A stretch of 64,000 nucleotides of DNA from the human T2T-CHM13v2.0 reference genome, Homo sapiens, in assembly GCF_009914755.1 (NCBI RefSeq), contig NC_060935.1; one strand, 5' to 3'. A program made the position numbers and the translations under genes. How positions within the stretch are numbered: the stretch's first letter is position 1; the number at the start of each line of letters is the position of its first letter. Positions 15,136 through 26,566 of this stretch are shown one piece after another. Below the pieces are notes generated by a model, which worked only from the letters and a program-made list of their open reading frames with translations, was not told the origin of the DNA and searched no databases.

Positions 15136-16829
15136 AGCTCCTCCACCTCCAGTTTTTAATCATCCAGTTTATATGAGGTAAGTCCTGTAAACACATATAC
15201 AGTCATCTATTTGCGCAAATAGGGATATACAGACACACAGACAGATACAGGCATCCAGATAATATAGACAGGCACCCAGATGGATTCATATCCACAAACA
15301 CAGACACTGGTAGGCACAAACACGCAGGGCTTGAAGAAATCAATAGTTCTGTCACTCCAATTCTCCTACTAGCAGAGTGCTGAATCGATTAGGAGTTTAA
15401 TTACAGCTTCTGAAATCTCACTTTCTTTTTAATTCTTACATAGCTTTAAAAACAATAACTAAGTATATACCTCCTGTGTGCATTGGGGTGGAGGGCTTGA
15501 CAAAAATGTGAGTTGTGGATCTGAGCAGGCCTCCCAGGGCCTTGTTCTCCTTTCCTACCTCTACCATGGCTGTGGGGTTGGGTTGGTTCTTTCCTTTCCA
15601 GGCCAGAGGTAAGGGGTGTGAGTGCCTCCATTCAGAGGATGCCAGAGCTCTTCCTTGGGGAGCAGTCCCAGCACACAGGTTTCCTTTGAGCCAGGTGGTG
15701 GTCCCAGGTGCTGTAATTTGGCTGTTTTCCAGTCCTAGCCATCCCTACCTCCCCTGCCCTGCCCACCCTCCAGTATCTTCTCAGGGATCTCAATGTGAAT
15801 GGCCAGCCCCTAATCTGGCACCGAAGGCTTCTCACAATCAGGGCCTTGGTGTACCTTTCTGGCTTTCCTTATCATGGTTCCCTCTCTTCCAGAATGTACA
15901 ACTCTAGAACAGGGGACTTACTTATTGTCCCTTTGACTGCCTCACCCTGGAATATGCTCTCACTGTCTTGACAAGTCCAAACCCTACCCAGGATATGACC
16001 ACCTCCTCCAGGCACCTGCCCCTGATCTCCAACGGAAAGGGGGAGTTCTCTTCTTGGAATTCCCAGCAGATCCTTACTCTAAGAAGAACACCAACTCAAC
16101 TATGTTTAGTTATCTGTGCACTTGTGTCTTAGAAAATGTTCTTTTGGTTACAAGCAATAGAAATTAACTCTTGGACTTGTCTCCCCACTCCCCAAGTGAT
16201 CCTGGAGGTTCTCATGGAACAACTGAAGTTGCCATTGTTAACATGTCCCATGTACAATAATCCCTGTCTGTATGAACCTTGGTTCTACGTTTCACAATTT
16301 GGGGCAAGGAATTGGATTAGTGCAGCTTAGTTCAGAAGCCCACCGCTGGATCAAGCACCAATTGTTTCCAGGGGCATTTTAACACAGACTAGACATGGCC
16401 ACAGATGGCCAGGGGATCACCCCTGTGTTTGGGAGGAGGGGCCTTTAGCAAAGAAGAGGGAAAAACTGCAGCCTGGGTAGCCATCCCAAGAGGTAGCTAA
16501 TGAAACTTGTCTTTATGATTGACAGAAGAGACAGAAAAAGATGCTGGAAAGATAATGTAACAGATGTCCACTGCAAAGTGCTTATGCAGTGAATGAGTCA
16601 GTGTGCAAGTGATTTGTTCATTTGTTGCCTCTTAAAAGCCCCTAGGTCAGTTTTCCTCCCATTTCTATGTCTTTAGAACACAATAATCACAGTTTTTCCA
16701 TCTTTAATAACTCCTTTTCCATCGTGTCAATCTCGGGGCACTCTCTGTGTAGCCTGTGTGATGGAGGCGTATGAAGTCTCTGCATAGGTACAGACCTATG
16801 GCAATAAATGCCTGACACTTGGCCACTCA

Positions 16830-17390
16830 ACAATGGGCATACATTTTCTGAATAACTGATATATGTCAGACACTGGCAATAAGCCAGGCACAAGAGACTG
16901 TTCCTCACAGGACTTGGGGAGTTCAGGCACACACACCAATTGCAGTAGAATGTTACTAGTGCCCCACTGAAGGATGCAGAGGCCCTGAGGGGGAACTCAT
17001 GAGCTCTGGCTGTAGTTTTTTAGAGGAGGTAATATAAGAGTCAGGTCTTGCAGGGTGAGTAGAAACTTGCCAGGTAGAGAAGAAGAAAAGAGGTTTCTAA
17101 TCTGAGGGAGAACTTCATGTTCAAGGCTGCAGAGGATTGTGAAAGAGAGTGGTATGTTCGGGAAATGGGGAGGTTGAATTTATCTGAGGTGTAGAGTGTG
17201 TTTGTGGCAGGGGCGCTAGGAGTTGGGGAAGATGGACAAGGGAGATGTGTGAGAAGGGAGGCTGGGGCCATATCACGGAAGCTCTCTCATCTTAGCCTCA
17301 GGAGTTTTGACTTATCCAGGGAACGGTGGTATGGGGGGCGCAACTGAAGGATTTAAGCAGGGGAGAAACATATTTTAATATCTATGTAGA
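16830..17390 (-). mobile_element. L2 fragment
   Basis: Purine-rich …ggagttttgacttatcc…actgaaggatttaagcaggggag… typical antisense L2. Confidence 0.6.
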
Positions 17391-17399
17391 AAGCCCTAA

Positions 17400-17860
17400 T
17401 ACATTCTTGGGGGAATGTGAAGCATTGGGGTTTTTGAAAGTCAGTGTGGCAACATCTATTGAATTACAATTCAGAACATATGAATGAGAGTGTTGAATGT
17501 TGCATTGTTTATAGAGGTCAGGAGCTGAACAAAAAGTGAATGCCCAGGAATGGGAAAATGGCTTAATAAGTTGTGGAATATACGCAATATGGAATAGTGT
17601 TCAAACATTGGAAAGAGTGTTTTAGGATTCTGCTGGAGGACTTGAAAGATTTCAAAGTTAAGTAAGAAGATCAAAATGCAGCAAGATGTGTATATACTAT
17701 GGTCATATTTACAAAAAAAGCAATAGGTCAGAAAACCTTATAAATGTATATATACTTAGATAAAAGTCTGTGTAAGAATGCATGAGTATGGAGAAAAATA
17801 TAAAATGATACTTACTAGGTTAAAGTTAGTTGGCTGAGATTGGAAGGGGTGGGCAAATAT
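17400..17860 (+). mobile_element. L1ME-type fragment
   Basis: atgttgcattgtttatag…aatgcccaggaatgggaaaatggcttaataagttgtggaatatacgcaatatggaata, an L1M ORF2 end/3'UTR pattern. Confidence 0.6.
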
Positions 17861-18429
17861 AAGGGAATGGTAATAAGATGCAGAAGATTAGAAGTTGTCT
17901 GCAATCAAACCGTACATGAGATGTGATTCTACTTAATATAAAATTAAATATGATTTCATAAGGATATATGGGCAGTAGGGTGCTGTGATTTTTGGATTTA
18001 ATGGGTTTCTCTCTCTCTCTGTGTGTCTGTATACATATACATATATGTATGTGTTCACATACATATGCATGTATATGTATATGTTCAAATTCTTTACAAA
18101 ATGTAATAGCTATTTCCATGAAGGGAGGCAGAGACAGAGAAATCATTGGTTATTTTTTAAAAACAATTTAAAAAGCAATTTCCTAAAAGAAATCATATGT
18201 TCAATTTCATAATTAAACATAAGATGTGTGGTTAAAAATTACATTTAAAAGCCTACAGTCAAATGGTTACATATTTCAGAAAGTCTTGCTCCTTCTCATT
18301 AAATAACTGTAAACATGAAGACATGATTTTTTAACCTCGATAACTGGAGTCTGCCTTATAATTTCAACCCTACTTGGTACCTTTGCTTCACCAGGCTGGC
18401 CTCATTGGTGCCCTTTATTTGCTATACTG

Positions 18430-18985
18430 ACTCAGAATAAAAGCCAAATCTCCACCTTGTCCAACACAGCCCCATAGGATCTACTCCCCTCACCCCCACC
18501 TCATTGCTCTCAACTCATCTTCCACCTTGGCTGACTATTCCCATGCTACTCTGGCCTCCTTGCTATTCCTTGCACATCTCAGGACACTTCTGCCCCCAGA
18601 GCCTTTGCACTTGCTGATCTCTCTCCTTGGAGCAATTTGCCCTCAGATAGCCACATGGCATCCTTCGTCGTGTGCTTCAAGTCTTTGCTCAAGTGTCTCT
18701 TTCTCAATGAGTCTCCTCTGATCCTCTTATTTTAAATTGTGAGGTCTACTCCCCCACCCACCCCTAGCACTCTCTAGTCTTTTTTTCTGTTCTCTTTTCC
18801 TTCCTAGCATTTGCTACTTGCAACATATTACATACATTGCTCATTTATTTTGAAAATTGACTGTTCTCTCACTTGAATGTAACATTGGCTAGAGAAGTGA
18901 TTATTTGTTTGCTGCTACAGTCTAGGTCTTAGAACAATACTTGACATGTTGTAGGTACTGATATTTGTAGATGAGTGAATGAGCT
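18430..18985 (+). mobile_element. L2a 3' end
   Basis: actcagaataaaagccaaa…actctggcctccttgctattccttgcaca…gcctttgcacttgctg…atatttgtagatgagtgaatga. Confidence 0.8.
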
Positions 18986-19802
18986 GGTGGCAGGTGAAGA
19001 ATGTTTGAGGCAGGTAAGATCAGCGGCAGAAAGACTAATCAGAATACTGTTACAAGCCAAAGACAAAGGAACTTGCACTCAGCCTTAGTCATTAGCTATG
19101 CATGTCTTCTGTTGTGAAATGATAGTGAAATTTGTTATTGTCTTTTTAGTTTAGTTTTGTTTTCAAGCTTTACTTTTAATTGACACATAACAATTGTCTT
19201 TTAACTTCTCATTAGTTTATCTTGATTCTTTAGGCAGATCAAAATCTTTTCGAGAGTGGAGGCTTAACATCTTCATATCTGCTTTTCCCACAGTGCCTGG
19301 CACTTATATGAAATATAAGGGACTCAACAAATATACAATGCTTTATCAATGATCTGATATTACTGACTTTTACTTGACTCAGTGAATTTTAGAGTGCATT
19401 TTATTTGATTAAGATCTTAGGAACTAATCTATGTTCTCATGCTGTTGTACTAAATATAGTTAATTTTGTTCCATTACAAAAGTAATATACATGCTCACTA
19501 TAGAAAATTTGGAAACTAGAGAAAAGCTGAAAAAAATGAAAAAGACTTTAGTTACATTACTCCTTAAGAGCCTTTAGCATTGTAATGTGTTTCCTTTAAA
19601 TATTTTTCCTAGATGGAGCTTTCTAACATTATTGTAATAATTGTGTGTTTACATTTCCATTTTTGCATATTAGCACACACATTTTTCTTAGCTATAAACT
19701 TTTGGAAAGCATCATTTTAAATAATTGCGTACTACATAATCATAGCTATACCATAGCTCACTTAGTGTAACCATTATTTGATATTTAGGCTATTTCCATT
19801 AA

Positions 19803-19882
19803 CTTTTTTTAAAGAGATGGGATCTTGCTATGTTGCCCAGGCTGGTCTTGAACTCCTGGCCTCAAGCAATATTCCTGCCTCA
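19803..19882 (-). mobile_element. Alu monomer fragment (FLAM/AluJ left arm)
   Basis: agagatgggatcttgctatgttgcccaggctggtcttgaactcctggcctcaagcaat. Confidence 0.85.
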
Positions 19883-20165
19883 CCCTTCCATTTCCCCCTT
19901 ATTGTAAAGATCATTGGCTACTCTGTCAGACATAATTACCTGTTGCTTGTTAGTCTGGTCATCTGCCCTTAAAACTTTATGCTTCAGACTTCTTATCCAT
20001 AAGATGAAGAGAATGAGAAATGACTGAGAATATCAAGGTGCATGAATGGGAGAAACACTGCTAAACATATAATAGGTGCTTAGTAAATATCAGATGGCCT
20101 AGAATTGAGACCTTTGGAAATCATGGGGTGTTGATAATTATCGTGGTGCTGTTTCCTGGTTGCAG

Positions 20166-20511
20166 GCTACACCTGATGCAGGTGGACTCAGTCCAGCGCT
20201 GGATGGAAGATCTGAAGCTCATGACCGAGTGCGAGTGCATGTGTGTCCTGCAGGCCAAGCCCATCAGCCTGGAAGAGGATGCACAGGGTGACCTCATCCT
20301 GGCAGGTGGCCCTGGCCCTGGAGACCCCCTGCAGCTGCTGCTCAAACGGGGTTGGGTCATTAGCACAGAGCTGCGCAGGATCGGGCAGAAGCTGGCCCAG
20401 GACCGCTGGGCACGGGTGCACAGCATGAGCGTGCGTCTGACCTGCCATGCCCGCTCCATGGTCAGCGAGTACAGTGCTGTCAGCAGGAACTCCTTGAAGG
20501 AAATGGGCGAG
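20166..20511 (+). CDS. INSC: INSC internal coding exon (probably exon 3), 346 nt, encodes the LGN/GPSM2-binding segment
   Basis: Acceptor ggttgcag|G (AG at 20164-65), donor GAG|gtcagc (20512). Translates (R)LHLMQVDSVQRWMEDLKLMTECECMCVLQAKPISLEEDAQGDL…SRNSLKEMGE, recognised as mammalian Inscuteable. Phase 2 in, phase 0 out. Confidence 0.97.
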
Positions 20512-21535
20512 GTCAGCTGCCCTGGGATAGGAGTGGGCGGGAACTGGAAGTCAGGGTGCTTTAGAGAAGAGTGGGTTTGAATCATGTGGTGTCTGAATCT
20601 TTTTTGCTCCAGAAGCCTTTCTCCCCTTCCAGTAAAGGAGGAAAGAAAGAGAGTGGAATCTTTACTGAGTGCCTACTATGTGGTGGACATTGTGCTAGGT
20701 GTTTTTTTTTTACATGTATCTCATTTAACCTGCACAACCTGTGAGGTAGGTGCCACTACTTTGAGAAGCTGTGCAGTGGTTGAATATATTGACTTTAATG
20801 CCAGACTGCTTGGGTTGAAATGTTAGCTCTGCTATGTGGACCTCAGCAAGTTACTTAACTTCTCTGTGTCCCAGTTCCTTCATCCTAAAAGGTATAATAA
20901 TATAATTTATTTTATAAATTTGTTGTGAGGACTAGATGAATTGTTATATGCAAAACACTTAAAGCAATTGATTAAAAATGTTAGGATTACCTTTATTTTA
21001 TAGATGAGGAAACAAAAGTTCTAAGAGGCCAAATAATTTATTTAAAGTTACGCAGTGAATGGTGTAATAAGTAGGGTCCAATCTAAGCTTTTCTGAGTCC
21101 ACAGCCCATGACTTTGAATCTTCTTCTCAAAGCCCAAGGTGAACCATTAAAAATCTCCCTTGTTATTAATTCTCTTTCATCATTCTCATTTCACATTAGT
21201 GCTTTGCCCTTTGCCTCGAACTTTTCCTTCCTTAGCTTTGCAGACATTAAAACTTCTCTTCATTCTTCAAAACCCAGCTCAAATGCCCCTTCTTTCCTGA
21301 AGCTTCCCAGCTTCCTCAGCATAAATAACTGCTCAGTTTCATTTTCTTATACTCCCAAAGCAGCCTACCGTGAGCTCTTTCACCACCTGTATCACACTGT
21401 GTTATATTTTAACTGCCTGTTCCCCAAGTCACATTAATTGATTCTTCATGTTTAATGTCCCCGTGTGCTCAGCACAGCAGTTGGTCCTCAGTTAATGCTT
21501 ACTGAGTTGAATAAAATGGACTTATTTTTCTACAG

Positions 21536-21588
21536 ATTGAGAAGCTGCTAATGGAGAAATGCTCGGAGCTCTCGGCAGTCACAGAGAG
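21536..21588 (+). CDS. INSC: INSC coding exon (probably exon 4), 53 nt
   Basis: Acceptor ttatttttctacag|ATT, donor AG|gtaaat. Encodes IEKLLMEKCSELSAVTE(R), continuing the frame of the previous exon. Phase 0 to 2. Confidence 0.96.
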
Positions 21589-21939
21589 GTAAATTTGGAC
21601 CATAGATCTCCCAGGGTCTGCCCACCCGACCTCTGGCAGGAGAAGGGGCTGGTATCTTCTCCCAGAGGGAGAATGGGAATGGGAGGCGTGGTGGTGGTTT
21701 CAGAGTTTCCTTTTTCTGACTTTTATCAGAAATCTTAAAATATTCTCTTGAAATTTTCTGCCCCATGTTCAGGCCCTAGGGATAGGGTAAAAGGCAGAGG
21801 AGAGGCCTGGGCATAGGAAGAAAGAGGATTTTCTAGGAGTTGGTAACAAGGAAAAGGTTTCCCACAGCTTTGGGAAGACCCACAGATCCCCAAAGTCAAG
21901 GCAAGAGTCAAGGCAAGGTGAAAGCCGACACTCACACCC

Positions 21940-22130
21940 TTACACACGCACATACACATAGACTTCAATGCCCACACTCACTTTCTCATATACAGATATA
22001 TAAACACATGCTTGGACCAGCACAGAAATACATTCACACCCTTTCCTCCATATTTCACACACATAAACCTACATATGTTTATACTCAGATATGTACACAC
22101 ACTCAGCCTCACATGTATACACACCCAGGT
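21940..22130 (+). repeat. CA-rich low-complexity tract
   Basis: Degenerate (ca/ta)n between the 53-nt and 124-nt exons. Confidence 0.7.
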
Positions 22131-22149
22131 GTGTGTTGACTTTTTCCTT

Positions 22150-22264
22150 CACCCTTCCCAGAGCCTGTGTCCTGAAGATAAAACCTGAGCTCCCTGAGGT
22201 CTTTTGCTTTCCTGGGTAGAACACTGTCAGGCCACAGGAGTAAATTGGAACCTGATCCCCCTCT
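22150..22264 (+). repeat. 115-bp direct repeat, copy 1
   Basis: cacccttcccagagcctgtgtcc…ggaacctgatccccctct, identical by eye to 23195-23309. Confidence 0.97.
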
Positions 22265-22748
22265 GTTTTTCTTGTCTGGGAAGAAAATTCTCAAGGCTCT
22301 CTGCACACTCTAGGCAGCCATTTCTTAAAGGGCCACAGGCATTGCTATCCACCTTTTCAGAGCTCACTAGCAATACCTGGCACTTGGCACCTCTCTTTGA
22401 AGCTTCTTGCCCCTTCATCTCCCACCCCAACATCACAGAGAAGATAGACCCTGGCTGCAATGATGGCAGATTCTGCAGGGAGAAGCCCAGAGGTATAGAT
22501 TTTCCACATTCTGATGGCCTTTCTTCCTGTTGATGTGGACTGGTAGTCCTCATCTCAGGCCAGCACATCTCTGCACACTAAGAGACCAGTGGGCAAGCCA
22601 GCTGTGGAATATTCCATCTCTGACTCCCAGTTGCCAATGTCTTCAGCACACACCAGGCTTGTAGCAGGTCCAGTTCTGGCCCGTGCAACATTTCTGGGCT
22701 GACCACATGCCCTTTCCAGTGGCCCACCCCATGGTTTCTTCTCTTCAG

Positions 22749-22872
22749 GTGCCTTCAGGTTGAGAATGAGCATGTCCTGAAGTCAATGAAGGCCTGCGTG
22801 AGTGAGACCCTGAGCATGCTGGGCCAGCACTTTGGTCAGCTGCTGGAGCTGGCCCTGACACGGGAGGTTCAG
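22749..22872 (+). CDS. INSC: INSC coding exon (probably exon 5), 124 nt
   Basis: Acceptor tttcttctcttcag|G, donor CAG|gtcagt. Encodes (R)CLQVENEHVLKSMKACVSETLSMLGQHFGQLLELALTREVQ. Phase 2 to 0. Confidence 0.96.
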
Positions 22873-23194
22873 GTCAGTGCAGGCTGGGCTGCAGGGAGGG
22901 GTGCTTGTGTGGACCCTTGGAGGAAAGGAGAGAAAGAGGGGCTGAGCCAGGCTTGGGGAAGCTACTGATGTGGACTTTATTGGGAAACATCTTACTCAAA
23001 CCACCAAAGTCAACTCCAGCATTTGTGAAACAAAACTGTCAGAGCTGGGCTGAGGCTTCCTGAGCACCTAACCCAACTCTGCATTTTCCAGATGTGAAAA
23101 CTGGAGCCCAGAGTGGGGAGAAACTTATCCAAGGTCACACAGCAAGATGGTGGCAGAGCCCAGCATCTCCCAATTCTACTTTCATTATTACTCC

Positions 23195-23309
23195 CACCCT
23201 TCCCAGAGCCTGTGTCCTGAAGATAAAACCTGAGCTCCCTGAGGTCTTTTGCTTTCCTGGGTAGAACACTGTCAGGCCACAGGAGTAAATTGGAACCTGA
23301 TCCCCCTCT
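23195..23309 (+). repeat. 115-bp direct repeat, copy 2
   Basis: Identical to 22150-22264 at offset 1045. It also explains the shared N-terminus of ORFs 22204 and 23249. Confidence 0.97.
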
Positions 23310-24399
23310 TCTCTGTTGAGTTAATGTTCACAGTTTACCCGATGGGTCCTTACTATCCTGAAAGAATTGAGGCACCTGCAGGGAATAAGCTAATTCTAGA
23401 AATCCTGACAACAGAGAAGAATCTAGAAAGATCATATAGTCTAGCCCCTGCCTCTAGGCAGGCTTGTGCTTGATTCCAGAAAGAGGGAGGGATTTGGAGC
23501 CTGGCCTATCTACTTTCTATCTGTGGTTCACCATGGAGCCTCAGTTAAGTTCCTGAACCTCTCTCAGCCTCGTTTTCCTCCTCTATAAATTGGTAAACCT
23601 TCTCCAGAAGAAAAGTGAGAGGACTAAGCAAAGGCATATGGAAGGTGTTTAGCACATAGTGTGGGTTAAATACATGTTATTTCCCTCCCTTACCCTTTGC
23701 TATTTTAAAAACCTCCCAGTAAAGCAGATTCCATAAGGTTTTCATTATGAAAGGTATTTATGGTTATTTATAGTTACAGAAATATTGTGTTACATATTTG
23801 CCATTCTTTTCCCACCACCAAATAAAAGCCTACCACAAATAACAAATCTCTTTCCATGTCGGCTCCTCTCCAAATTCAGCCTCTCTGCCGAGCCCAGGGT
23901 TTGCTTTCTCTCCTTCCTGAGTGTTTGGTTGGTTTGGTGCAGGCCCTTCTGGCTTGACTGACATGCTGGTCCTGCCTCACCCCCACTCCTCCCACAGGCC
24001 CCCATGTCAGTGCAGCAGGTCCTGGGTATTATCACCCCCGACCCCAACAACAGGAAGGTCCTCAAGGGCCACTCTCCATGTCTTGACAGGGACAAAGGGA
24101 AGGAAGGGCCACAGGCTGGGGTGCTGGGGCAGCACTTGGAGCTGATGAGCCAGTGCTGACAATCACATGCAGGGGCAGGTGGTGATCAACCATCAAGTCC
24201 AGAGGGACCCAAGGGACACAAGGACCAAAATGGACAAAAAAGTCGAGGGACTGATGAGCAAGAAATATTGGAGTTAGTGGTGGAGAGGGAGACCTGGAGC
24301 AACTTCTGAGCAGGGGTACAGGTGCTGGCTGTTGCTTTTTATGCCATTTTTGTGACCACTTTCCTGAAAGTGCCAGGTTCAATTAAAAGGGCTGAAAAT

Positions 24400-24781
<382 letters not shown>

Positions 24782-25109
24782 TCATCAGTGCTTTCTATGA
24801 GGCAGCAAAGAGGCAGGGTATCTTTGATGCTTTAGGTCAGAAGAGCCTGGGAAAATCTCCCTGGGCTTGCTTGGAGCCTACTTCCCTGGCCTTTGGGCTG
24901 TATAGTTGAATCCATTCTGCTATTTCTTCATTCTGATCATATTCAGGGTGAAATTCCTGATCTGGTGCTCCTACTTCCCCAGCTGTTCCCTGCTCTATTG
25001 CCAGGTCTGACCACCTGGTTCATTGATGCCTGGCCTGGAAGCTGAGTAGACCAGCTCCTGCCCTGTTAGAGTGGGTTCCTTATTGGCCTCCCTCTCATGG
25101 TAGGAGTGA

Positions 25110-25134
25110 GGGGGGGGGCGGGGGGGGGTGGTGG
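25110..25134 (+). repeat. G9-C-G9-TGGTGG G-tract
   Basis: Read directly from the sequence. Confidence 0.9.
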
Positions 25135-25852
25135 CCACAGAGTGTTGTCCTCCATTCATCTGCATATTAGTTTTCTTCCTGATAACCCCCATTCCTGGTG
25201 CTTTCCCCCTTCCCTGCCAGCAAGTCCCATGATTTCCTCCATGCCCTTTTAAGGGCTGAGCTTACCATGCTCATAATATATTTTTGGCTGATCTTTGGCT
25301 TCTTTTTATATTAGAAAGTTTCCATACAGGGCAGCAGTGACATCAGGAGATATATTGACTGAAGACAGGGTAACTTGTGTTCAGTGTTGTAAGCATGTGT
25401 TTCTTAAACTAGTGACTCAAATATTGTTCCTTAGGATGTTAGTAATTATACCAGGATCTTACATTTGTGCCGTCTTGATGTAAATGAAATCAAATCTATT
25501 TCTTTACATCAAAATTTGTCTTATGATGTGCCGGTCTGCTTTGCAAATCTTCCAAAAGGTCCTCAAGCACTTATAGTATTTCTTGTCTGACCTGCAGCTT
25601 CCATAGGCAGGGGTTTTGGTTTGTTTTGCTCGTGCATATATCTCTAGTGACTAGAACAGTATCTGGCATAGAATGTTAAGCAACATATTCCAAACTTTCA
25701 GGGTCACAGATTTAAAAATATTATTAAAGCACCTATTTACTTCTTCTGAGATGCTGGTGTTTTAGGAAATGCAATTCGAGAAACATTCTTTTAGCACTAA
25801 GAAGTCGTGTGGGCTCTTGAGCAGAGGAACAAATCTCCCCACCCCCTTCACC

Positions 25853-26125
25853 CCAGTATTAAGGGCTTTTTGGACTCCTTCAATTATGGTTGGAAAGAAT
25901 GGTACAAACTGAGAAGTCCTGAAGGAACCTCCCATTGTTGTACAGACAGCCTGGACTAAAGCTGCTGAAAGAAACCCAGCTCCCCACACACTGGAATGAG
26001 GCCTTCCTGGCTGAGATGAACAAAGTATAAAAATTGAAGTGATTGTATTAACCCAAGAATCTGGGACTTTGGATTATTCCTAGAGTAAAAGGATTTAAGT
26101 TTTTTCTTTTCCTTTATTTTTTCCC
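25853..26125 (+). repeat. Inverted duplication, left arm
   Basis: Aligns to the reverse complement of 26294-26566 (about 30 differences over the ~250-bp core by manual count). Confidence 0.95.
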
Positions 26126-26293
26126 AGGTAACTTTAAAATGGGATAGGAGCATATCAAAATTTTGGAAATCTTTATGTTTGTCATCATGCAAGTATGTTT
26201 GGATTATCTTTGTATTGCCATTTACTCTCGTTGCAGCTTCTACTTACCTATATTGGGCAACATGGCTGAGCAAAATCTGCTCAGTGGGAGAGT

Positions 26294-26566
26294 GGGAAAT
26301 ATAATAGGAAGCAAATTTCAATCTTTTTACTTTTAGGAATAATCCAAAGTCCCAAATTCTCAGGTTAGTACAATCTCTTCAATTTTCATACTCTGTTCAT
26401 CTCAGCCAGGAGGGCCTCATTCCAGTGTGTGGGGAGTTGGGTTTCCTTCAGCAGCTGTAGTCCAGGCTGTCTCTTCAATAATGGGAGGGGTTCCTTCAGG
26501 ACTTCTCAATTTGTACTAGTCTTTCCCAGCCATAATTAAAAGGGTTCAAAAAGCCCTTAATTCTGG
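26294..26566 (-). repeat. Inverted duplication, right arm
   Basis: For example ctcattccagtgtgtggggag is the reverse complement of ctccccacacactggaatgag in the left arm. Confidence 0.95.

Noticed and set aside
20121-20585. 154-aa antisense ORF, and the extended ends of the 150-aa sense ORF 20128-20580
   Set aside because: The antisense ORF is a shadow of the GC-rich INSC exon. The sense ORF's MLIIIVVLFPGC and VSCPGIG… ends are intronic read-through beyond the splice sites.
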